A DNA stretch of 64,000 bases. Origin: Candidatus Fermentibacterota bacterium (GTDB lineage Bacteria > Fermentibacterota > Fermentibacteria > Fermentibacterales > JCC-6). The position numbers and the translations under genes are program-made. The DNA lies in NCBI GenBank assembly GCA_963845085.1, contig CAWJQI010000004.1, forward strand, positions 544,001-608,000, given 5' to 3'. This document shows positions 39,834 to 47,931 of this stretch, in pieces. The notes beneath the pieces are model-generated. The model ran no database searches. It was not told the origin of the DNA and saw only the letters and a program-made list of their open reading frames with translations. Within the stretch, counting starts at the first letter, position 1. Each line of letters opens with the position of its first letter.

Positions 39834-39879
39834 TTGAATAGTTTATTAACAATTAATTAATTTTCGCTCTATCGGAGGC

Positions 39880-41355
39880 ATGGCACTACCAGGCACATTA
39901 GAGTTCGAGCGCGTAATTAAACGCACGAAACTTACGCCCCAGGCTCTTGAAGTTCTGAAGCATCGTTTTGCGGAAACATCCGATCCGGTCAAGAAGTGGC
40001 TTCCGTCAAAACCTCGATGGGAAAGGGCATTACCCGATCTCGATGTTCTTTCGACAGAACTTCAGACACTCAAAAAACGCCGGGGAAAGATCGTTCTTTA
40101 CGGGCACGATGACATGGACGGGATCACCGGGCTTTTCATAGGCCTGAAGATCCTGCGTAACGAGGGCTACACCGTGGTGCCGATCATCCCGAGACGGGAG
40201 ATCGAAACCTACGGGATACGTCCCGGCAGGCTTCAGGGCGTACTTGAGCCGGGCGATCTGCTGCTAACTGTGGATTACGGATGCAGCGCGGTCGAGGGCG
40301 TTGCATGGGCCAGGCGGAACGGGTCGAGGGTTGTCATCACCGACCACCACATGCTCAACCCCCCCCTTCCGGAGGCACACGGAATCATTGACCCCCAGCT
40401 GGCCGGGCCGCCTTCAGCGGACCTTGCAGGCTGCGGGGTTTTGTATGCAGCGCTGACCTCCATCTTCCCGAGGTACGAGAACGACCCCCAGCTTCTCGCA
40501 GCTACCGCACTGGGCACCATCAGTGACAGGGTCGCACTCTCCGAATGGAACAGGTACCTTCTCCACTGCTTCTCCCTGATAAAAATGGAACACCTGACAG
40601 AGGGGTTGAAACTCCTCATGGAGGAATGGCCATGCAGGGAGGGCAACTGGACCGGATCGATGGTTCGCTCCCACATAACCAGTACGATTGGAAAGGGTTT
40701 CAACTCGGGCATTTCGAACATGCTCGACTTCCTTTTCAGTTACGACCGCCACTGGTGCAAGACCCTCTGGAAGCAGATGGTGAAAAGCAGCGAGGAAAGG
40801 GGCCAGCTTCTCAGCGAACTGGTGGGCAGGGCCGTTAATCTCAAAGACCCTGAAGCCGACGCCTTCGGGATGATTTTGGTTTTCATGGACGACATCCCCC
40901 CAGGGATGGGGGGCACGCTCGCAAGCAGGCTGTGCAGGATCCACCGGAGGGGAACCATCGTGGTAACCCGCCGGGAGGACGGAATGCTTGTCGGCGACAC
41001 CCGCTCGGTCGGAGATTGGAACATGGCGGGTTTCCTGGTGAGCATGAGGGATGTGTTCTCGAGCGCGGGGGGCCATTACCGGGCTGCCGGATTCAGCTAC
41101 GAAAGCCCCGACTGGTATGCCCTTCGCGAGCTTCTTCTCAGCAACATGGCGGAATACCCGACCTGTCCGGTCCCCCATCCGCACATCGACCTTCTTCTTG
41201 ATGAACTGCCCGACCCGAGGGTCTTCACCTGTCTCGCCCCCTTCGGGCCGGGTTTCCTGCCCGTCGCCCTGAAAATCTCGAACATGCGCTATCTTCTCCA
41301 GCTTCATCCGAACGGCCAGGTCACCTGGTGCATCACCGAGGACAGCGGGGAATGA
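39880..41355 (+). CDS. DHH/DHHA1 phosphoesterase, RecJ-like
   Basis: YGHDDMDG, TVDYG, ITDHH, LGTISD, GGHYRAAG, LAPFG. Confidence 0.85.
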   Translation: MALPGTLEFERVIKRTKLTPQALEVLKHRFAETSDPVKKWLPSKPRWERALPDLDVLSTELQTLKKRRGKIVLYGHDDMDGITGLFIGLKILRNEGYTVVPIIPRREIETYGIRPGRLQGVLEPGDLLLTVDYGCSAVEGVAWARRNGSRVVITDHHMLNPPLPEAHGIIDPQLAGPPSADLAGCGVLYAALTSIFPRYENDPQLLAATALGTISDRVALSEWNRYLLHCFSLIKMEHLTEGLKLLMEEWPCREGNWTGSMVRSHITSTIGKGFNSGISNMLDFLFSYDRHWCKTLWKQMVKSSEERGQLLSELVGRAVNLKDPEADAFGMILVFMDDIPPGMGGTLASRLCRIHRRGTIVVTRREDGMLVGDTRSVGDWNMAGFLVSMRDVFSSAGGHYRAAGFSYESPDWYALRELLLSNMAEYPTCPVPHPHIDLLLDELPDPRVFTCLAPFGPGFLPVALKISNMRYLLQLHPNGQVTWCITEDSGE

Positions 41356-42302
41356 CGAACCTTGTAACGGGCGCAGCCGGCTTCATCGGAAGCCGCCTCT
41401 GCGACACGCTTCTCGCCAGGGGTGAGGCGGTGATCGGTGTTGACTGCCTTCGGGACAACTCCGACATCGACTTGAAGCGCAAAAACCTTCTTCGGCTTTC
41501 CGCCCTGCCCGGGTTTTGCTTTTCCGACGGAGACCTTTCCCGGGGCACCGCCTTTCTTGACGGGCTTCTGCCCGCAGGGGAGCAGGTCGTGGTGCATCAC
41601 CTTGCCGCCAGGGCCGGCGTCAGGAATTCATGGGGGGCCGACTTCGCTGCGTACACAAGAGACAATATCACCGCCACCCAGCTTCTTCTGGAATGGGCGG
41701 TGAGGAGGGGCTCGATCAAGCACTTCGTTTTCGCCTCCTCATCATCGGTATACGGTTCGCCAACTGAAATGCCGATGCTTGAGGACGCAACCGTTCCCGT
41801 TCCCCACTCCCCCTACGGCGTCACCAAGCTTGCGGCGGAGAACCTCGTCAGGCTCTACGGAAGCAACCACGGACTGGTCTGGACCGCCCTTCGCTTCTTC
41901 ACGGTCTACGGGCCCGGCCAGAGACCGGACATGGCATTTCACCGGTTCATCAGGAACGCCCTTGCACACCGACCCGTTGAGATTCACGGGGACGGGGGGC
42001 AGACCCGTGACTTCACATATGTCGACGACGTGACACGTGCCATGATACTCGCCGGAGAGACGTCCGGCGGGTACGTGATGAACCTGGGAGGCGGTCAGCG
42101 GGTGTCAGTGAACCAGGTGGTGGGCATCCTGGAAACCATCCTTGATACCCGCATCGCCGTCGAAAGGCTTCCATTCCCCCCAGGCGATGTCCCTGACACC
42201 TGGGCGAGCACGGCGCGGGCCCGCACCCTTCTGGGATGGATCCCGGAGCATACGCTTGCCGAAGGCCTTGCAAGCGAGGTGGAGTGGCTCAGGTCACTTT
42301 GA
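41352..42302 (+). CDS. NAD-dependent epimerase/dehydratase (UDP-glucuronate epimerase-like)
   Basis: TGAAGFIG, ASSSSVYG, YGVTK, RFFTVYGPGQRPDMA. Confidence 0.93.
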   Translation: MTNLVTGAAGFIGSRLCDTLLARGEAVIGVDCLRDNSDIDLKRKNLLRLSALPGFCFSDGDLSRGTAFLDGLLPAGEQVVVHHLAARAGVRNSWGADFAAYTRDNITATQLLLEWAVRRGSIKHFVFASSSSVYGSPTEMPMLEDATVPVPHSPYGVTKLAAENLVRLYGSNHGLVWTALRFFTVYGPGQRPDMAFHRFIRNALAHRPVEIHGDGGQTRDFTYVDDVTRAMILAGETSGGYVMNLGGGQRVSVNQVVGILETILDTRIAVERLPFPPGDVPDTWASTARARTLLGWIPEHTLAEGLASEVEWLRSL

Positions 42303-42695
42303 CCGGGCAGTCACCTGAAGATGGACCTCGTTGCTCCAACTGGTAAGATGGTCGTTGTCTTCGGTCTGCACGGCATAATACCAGTGCCCCGCTTGCAGTT
42401 CCTGATCCACGAAGCTTCTGTTGTTGACGTTCTCGGTTGAGAGAAGGATCGTGGCTTCATCGGAATGCTGCTGAACGCCGGCTTCATTGGACCGGTAGAG
42501 CCGGTACCTCAAAAAATCCGTGTCGGGGCACGGAGTCCAGCTCAGCTGGGCCGAATTCCCCCCGACGATCCTGCCCGTAAGCGCTGACGGCCCGGGCGGC
42601 ACGGGGGGTTCGGCGGGGTTGCCCTGCTGGCATGCGACCAGAAGCATCGCAAGAGCAACCAAAACAGGAAGCTTCTTCACGGCAACCCCTTTCAT
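42294..42695 (-). CDS. Small lipoprotein with FN3-like domain
   Basis: Lipobox LVAC; LSWTP...Y.LYRS...YYAV...SWSNE. Confidence 0.78.
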   Translation of the reverse strand: MKGVAVKKLPVLVALAMLLVACQQGNPAEPPVPPGPSALTGRIVGGNSAQLSWTPCPDTDFLRYRLYRSNEAGVQQHSDEATILLSTENVNNRSFVDQELQAGHWYYAVQTEDNDHLTSWSNEVHLQVTARSK

Positions 42696-42707
42696 TGTCA
42701 GGTAAGA

Positions 42708-44282
42708 CTATTCCGCAATGTCGTCAAGGTTCCTGGGCTCAAGCTTGAAGCTGCTGTAGGAGTACCACACAACCCCCGTCATCGACGCGAACTGCTGCCC
42801 CTGCGAAACCGCGAAGCCGTATATGCCCATATCGTCGACTATGCAATCGCCTGAGCCGTCGGTGACGCTGAACTCGCCGTTCCCCATGTCCGGGTTCACT
42901 ACGGTGAGGTTCGCGATCCCGGCCAGAACGCCCTCCCACTGCTCCTGTGAAAGCGAGGCTGTGGTAATGGCATTCGGCTCGGGCACGGCATGCCCCGGTT
43001 CGTCGAAGTCAATGGATGGGTTCGTTATCTCGGTAAGGCCGTAGTACTCGGTTACCGTGCCGGATATGACAACGCTGTCGCCCCTGCCGAGGTTGTCGAG
43101 CACACCGTCATAGCCGAACACCACAAGACCGCTCCACTCGGCGCCTCCATGGTCCTGAATAACGGCATACTGGGCATCGCCGGAAGCGTAGTACTCCGCT
43201 CCGCCCACGGTGACTATCCCGGTGACGCTGACAGCCTGCCCCTCGTACGGGGAGCTCTCCGACTGCCCCTGGACCTGATAGCATGAGAGGACATCGGAAC
43301 CGCCGCCACCGCTTCCCGAAACATCCTGTGCATCACGGGGCTGGATCCGCCATTCGTCGAACTCATAGAACAGCGGACCTGCGGCGGAGATCGTGTCGCC
43401 CACGGCAGGCTCGGTGTAGTCACCCCGGTTGCCCAGGTGGCAGGGACCGCTGCCGTCGTCAATCATGTAGCTGTACTGCGCCGCTTCCTCGACAACGGCA
43501 TCGGTGACCGAAACTACAACCCCTTCCCACTGCTCGTCATTGACTTCGGCTGTCGAAAGGTCTTCGGGGTCGGGAAGGTTCACTCCCGACTTGTGCACGG
43601 TCACATCCTCAAGGTAGCCGAGCTCGGTCATGCCGTAGTACTCGCTGACCTCTCCGCTGACGCTTATGCTGTCGCCTCTGACAAGTGATGATGCCTGGTC
43701 GCCGTAGAGCACAAGACCGCTCCAGGGGCCGCCCCCGGCGTCACACAGCACTGCGAAGCCGCCATAAAGCTCGCCGCCTCCGGCTGTAACGATACCCGTA
43801 ACCCTGACTTCCTGCCCTTCGTAGGGGGAACTGCCCGACTGGCCCTGCACCTGGTAACAGGAGAGCGCATCGCTTCCCCCCCCGCTTCCGGAGTCCGGGA
43901 CGACAACAGGCAACTCGTTGCTCCATGATACAAGGGATTCGCTGTCGGTGGTTCTGACAGCGTAGAACCAGCTTGAATCCCAGGGCAGCCCCTGGTCACT
44001 CGCGGTCACGGTGCCGGACTGGCTTATCACTGCCACGATCGTGGCGGAGGAGGGGTTCTGCGCGATGCCCGCCGTGGCTGAACGAAAGACAGTGTAGTCT
44101 GAAAAATCGCTGTCTTCGCAGGGTGTCCAGCTGAGATTCACCGTGTTCCCCGTGAGCGATGCGGAGAGGGTTGAAGGTGACGGAGGGTTGCCGGTTTCAG
44201 CCGGGTTGTCCTCGTCATCCCCGCACGAGAGGAACAGTGCGATGACTACCAAAGGCAGAACGAGCTTCAAGCTTCTTTTCAT
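42708..44282 (-). CDS. Lipoprotein with FN3-like domain and duplicated OB-fold modules (YhcR/ExeM-like, no catalytic domain)
   Basis: Lipobox FLSC; two LSCYQVQGQS.SSPYEGQ.V.VTGIVT...EYYG.TE repeats. Confidence 0.8.
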   Translation of the reverse strand: MKRSLKLVLPLVVIALFLSCGDDEDNPAETGNPPSPSTLSASLTGNTVNLSWTPCEDSDFSDYTVFRSATAGIAQNPSSATIVAVISQSGTVTASDQGLPWDSSWFYAVRTTDSESLVSWSNELPVVVPDSGSGGGSDALSCYQVQGQSGSSPYEGQEVRVTGIVTAGGGELYGGFAVLCDAGGGPWSGLVLYGDQASSLVRGDSISVSGEVSEYYGMTELGYLEDVTVHKSGVNLPDPEDLSTAEVNDEQWEGVVVSVTDAVVEEAAQYSYMIDDGSGPCHLGNRGDYTEPAVGDTISAAGPLFYEFDEWRIQPRDAQDVSGSGGGGSDVLSCYQVQGQSESSPYEGQAVSVTGIVTVGGAEYYASGDAQYAVIQDHGGAEWSGLVVFGYDGVLDNLGRGDSVVISGTVTEYYGLTEITNPSIDFDEPGHAVPEPNAITTASLSQEQWEGVLAGIANLTVVNPDMGNGEFSVTDGSGDCIVDDMGIYGFAVSQGQQFASMTGVVWYSYSSFKLEPRNLDDIAE

Positions 44283-44285
44283 GTA

Positions 44286-44993
44286 TCATTGCCTCCAAGC
44301 TAATGGAAAATCGACAGCAAGAACCCGGTACCGAAGGTTGGGCCCCTCGAATCCGGGCTCCATCACATTGAAAACTACAAGCAGTGTGTTTCCGCTGAGT
44401 CTTATAACTTTGGCAATCCTGTAGGCGAAGCAGAGTCTGTACTCGTCCGGCGCCTGGCTCTCACGGTAGACAAGCGCCCGGGATCTTCCGTCGGTCATGG
44501 TGAGCTTGGGCAGAACAGGCTCGGGGAACCAGTCGGCGTCGCGCTCGGTGATTCCGGAAGGGAGCTGTTCAAGGACCATCGTGTAGGTGATTCCCGGGTA
44601 CCATGTGTAGAACGACTCCATCGCAAATTCAACCGTGTCGGGAGATACGCCGGCATCGGTGAGCTTGTGGTCGAGAAGGACCTGTCCGCCGTATTCGGAC
44701 ATGATGCCGTAGCGTTGAAGGCTGGCTGCGGCAAGCACCATGGCGCTGTCAACAGCCACCACACCCGAGGAAGATTCCTCAGAGATGAGCACACGATGAA
44801 GCTCGAGAACCCGGTAAGGCGAGGTTGTCATTATCTCCAGCACGGCCCATGGAAACCCGCTGCCGTCCTGAACGCCGAACGAAAGCCAAGCGGCATGGGA
44901 GCGGCTTCGAGAAGCTCCGAGGTATCTGAACGAAGCCGAATCGACGGCAAGCAGGGAAGCCGCCAAAAACACTGCTAAAACCAGAGCCCTCAT
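44286..44993 (-). CDS. Secreted DUF2259-like protein
   Basis: FGVQDGSGFPW, PGFEGPNLRY; signal peptide; ATG at 44993. Confidence 0.75.
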   Translation of the reverse strand: MRALVLAVFLAASLLAVDSASFRYLGASRSRSHAAWLSFGVQDGSGFPWAVLEIMTTSPYRVLELHRVLISEESSSGVVAVDSAMVLAAASLQRYGIMSEYGGQVLLDHKLTDAGVSPDTVEFAMESFYTWYPGITYTMVLEQLPSGITERDADWFPEPVLPKLTMTDGRSRALVYRESQAPDEYRLCFAYRIAKVIRLSGNTLLVVFNVMEPGFEGPNLRYRVLAVDFPLAWRQ

Positions 44994-45070
44994 CAATCCC
45001 TCCCGGGTTGTCCGAACAAAGCAATATGCTATGATAATGCAACTTGGTGGAAGCATGGAAAGGGGTGCAA

Positions 45071-45691
45071 GTGAACATTATCCCGGCTGTGAGAGAACCC
45101 GCCAGCATCGCACCATTCTTCAAGGCGCTCGCCCAGACAACCGTTCCGGGCAAGGTTGACGCCAATTTCATGGCTGGCATCGGTTTCAGAAGGCAGACAG
45201 ATGTCAAGCTTCTTGAACTCCTTCACCATCTCGGTTTCATGGACAACTTGTTCCAGCCGACAACGGTATGGAAGAGCTACTTCGCCGCACCCGACGAAGA
45301 GGGCAAGATGGCCGTTCTCGGCGCCGCCGTGGCTGAAAAGTATTCGGGCGCTCTCAGGATAGGGGGAGGCGACGACCCTTCCCGACTGAGCGGCAAGGCG
45401 GTGATGGCGTACTTCAAGACCGAGACCGGGGCCAGCGACACCGAAACCGCATACATGGCCCTCACCCTTCAGATCCTTATGGACCTTGTAAAAATGCCTG
45501 CAGCTGCGCCATCAAAAACGCCCTCAGGGCATCCGGCGCTTCCCGATGCCGCTGAAACCGTTTCGATTCCGGAAATGAAAGCTGCTGAAGGGCCGATCAC
45601 GCTCACCCTGAACATCACCCTTGATCCCGCAGCCGACCCTGAACTTCACACCCTGATCAAACTGGTGCTCGAGAAAACCCTCGGAAAATGA
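45071..45691 (+). CDS. DUF5343-like protein
   Basis: PGKVDANFM..IGF, LL..LGF.D...PT..W, C-terminal ITLTLNITL; GTG at 45071 (ORF track 45044). Confidence 0.65.
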   Translation: MNIIPAVREPASIAPFFKALAQTTVPGKVDANFMAGIGFRRQTDVKLLELLHHLGFMDNLFQPTTVWKSYFAAPDEEGKMAVLGAAVAEKYSGALRIGGGDDPSRLSGKAVMAYFKTETGASDTETAYMALTLQILMDLVKMPAAAPSKTPSGHPALPDAAETVSIPEMKAAEGPITLTLNITLDPAADPELHTLIKLVLEKTLGK

Positions 45692-46500
45692 ACTTCGCCC
45701 AGGCCGCACCCATCTTCGGCATAGCCTTCGTATGCGAATTCATCGACAGCACGCTCGGAATGGGCTACGGTACAACACTCACCCCCATTCTTCTTCTCAT
45801 GGGTTTCACCCCTGTGCAGATTGTGCCCGCGGTGCTGCTCTCCGAGCTTGTCACGGGCGGATTCGCCGCCTTCATGCACCATCGGGCCGGAAACGCATTT
45901 TTTGATTTCAGGAACACACCCGAACACCGGGTCGTGAAGGCCATGGGGAAGCTTGGTTACATCCCCAGGTCCATGGATGCCCGCATCGCATGGGTTCTCG
46001 GGCTGTGCAGCCTGGCGGGCGCAGTCGGAGCGGCGTTCCTCGCCCTCTCCATCTCCGCCTTCCACCTCAAGCTGGCGATCGGAGTCATCGTTACCGGAAT
46101 GGGAGTGCTCATCCTGGCCCGGCGTCACGCTGTTCCCGCTTTCAGCTGGAAGCGGATCACCGGGCTCGGGGTGGTGGCGGCGTTCAACAAGGGTCTTTCG
46201 GGTGGCGGTTACGGCCCGCTGGTCACAAGCGGTCAGATCCTCAGCGGTGTTGCCACAAAGAGCGCGATAGCGATAACAAGCATGGCGGAGAGCTTCACCT
46301 GTCTTGTGGGGGTGCTTGCCTACCTGTTCACGGGTGCTGAGATAGACTGGGTCGCAGCGCCTGTCCTCACACTCGGAGCGGTGTGCAGCGTTCCGTTCAG
46401 CGCAATGGCCGTCAGGCGCATGAAGCTCGGGGGGTTCACCCTGCTCGTCGGTGCGGGCACTCTCGTGCTCGGGCTGTTCACCCTCTACAAGCTATTGTAG
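45688..46500 (+). CDS. TauE/SafE sulfite exporter family protein
   Basis: DSTLGMGYG, SGGGYGPLVT; multiple TM helices. Confidence 0.9.
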   Translation: MNFAQAAPIFGIAFVCEFIDSTLGMGYGTTLTPILLLMGFTPVQIVPAVLLSELVTGGFAAFMHHRAGNAFFDFRNTPEHRVVKAMGKLGYIPRSMDARIAWVLGLCSLAGAVGAAFLALSISAFHLKLAIGVIVTGMGVLILARRHAVPAFSWKRITGLGVVAAFNKGLSGGGYGPLVTSGQILSGVATKSAIAITSMAESFTCLVGVLAYLFTGAEIDWVAAPVLTLGAVCSVPFSAMAVRRMKLGGFTLLVGAGTLVLGLFTLYKLL

Positions 46501-46601
46501 ACACAAACCACCAGATCTGCCCATTTCTGGAAAAACATCTCTGATTGTTATCGTGAAGGACACCCTGTATATTTTTTACCACGCTTGCGAGAGGACGTAG
46601 T

Positions 46602-47039
46602 ATGGGGCTTTTCACAATAGGATACGAAGGAAAAAGCCTGGATGCGTTTATCAATGTCCTCAAGGGAAACGAGATAGAATTGCTTGTTGATGTCAGGCGC
46701 AATCCTGTCTCGAGAAAACCTGGGTTTTCCAAGAACTGCATGAAGGCTCGTCTGGAGTCCGAAGGTATTGAATATGTTCATATGCCTGCACTTGGCATTG
46801 AAACAGCTCGAAGGCAGAGTCTCAAAACCAATCTGGATTATGAATCGCTTTTCGAATGGTATGAAGATGAGATTTTGGCCAGAGAGGGCACCACGATTGA
46901 AAGGCTCGTCAGCTTTTTATCCATCTATCAGAATGTGGCTCTCACATGCTATGAATCAGATCCGGCCATGTGCCACAGATCGCGGGTATCCAAACGGATC
47001 GAACATCTAAAGCAGGGGGTTATCCCTGTCCATCTCTGA
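46602..47039 (+). CDS. DUF488 domain protein
   Basis: FTIGYEG, LVDVRRNPVSRKPGFSK, LTCYESDPAMCHR. Confidence 0.92.
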   Translation: MGLFTIGYEGKSLDAFINVLKGNEIELLVDVRRNPVSRKPGFSKNCMKARLESEGIEYVHMPALGIETARRQSLKTNLDYESLFEWYEDEILAREGTTIERLVSFLSIYQNVALTCYESDPAMCHRSRVSKRIEHLKQGVIPVHL

Positions 47040-47877
47040 TGGCTTTTCGAGATCGCCAAACCGCATTCCAGATGCGGAAGTCATCATAACAGTAAAAACA
47101 TACCCACAGCCAAACACCTCTCACGGTGAAATAGTCTGCATGGCTGGCGTCATGCCTGATGGATCATGGGTCAGGATCCATCCAATTCCCTACAGGGCTT
47201 CGGAGTACAGAAATCTTAGGAAGTACAGCAGGATTCGTATCAGTTTGAAACGGAAGACCACCGATTTCCGTCCTGAGACATTCAAGCCTGATAGTGCACC
47301 GACCCTCTTGGGTTGGATAAGTACGGCTAATGGATGGAAAAAACGACGTGATATTGTATTAAATCACGTATACACTTCATTCGCCAGATTGCTTGAGGAT
47401 TCAAGCAGTGATAGACGGGTATCTCTTGCCGTAATAAAACCAACACAGGTGACAGGATTCGAATATGAGGCTGATGAGAGGGAATGGCCCGAGGCTTGGC
47501 TTCATAGGAACAGGCAGTTGGACCTGTTTCGGACCGAGGAAGATATCAAAACAATCAGAAAAGTTCCTTACAATTTCTATTACAGGTTTACGACAGAGTC
47601 AGACCCAAACCCTCACCGCATAATGGTTACTGACTGGGAAATAGGAGCACTGTACTGGAACTGCATGAAAACTACCAATGATGATGAAAAACAGGCTTTG
47701 CAGATGGTCAGACAGAAATACTTCTGTGAATTCACGGAAAGCAAAGACCTGTATTTCATAATGGGTTCACACTTCGTTCACCATGCAAAAGGATATCCCA
47801 ACCCGTTCATGATTGTCGGTGTATTTTATCCTCCCCGGGATCGTTTGGATGTTTCCCAACTCAATCTTGGATTATGA
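47039..47877 (+). CDS. Conserved hypothetical protein (ITVKTYP...VC.AG family), partner of DUF488; 5' end ambiguous
   Basis: Frame is open from 47011 and encodes EVIITVKTYPQP...EIVCMAG...WVRIHP...DWEIGALYW...YFIMG...GVFYPP. Start is either CTG at 47026, or ATG at 47039 with a 1-nt indel. Confidence 0.8.
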
Positions 47878-47931
47878 TCTACCAAAGCATGGATAATCAT
47901 TGCTCAATCTGAAGACATAGCCGATCCAGTA

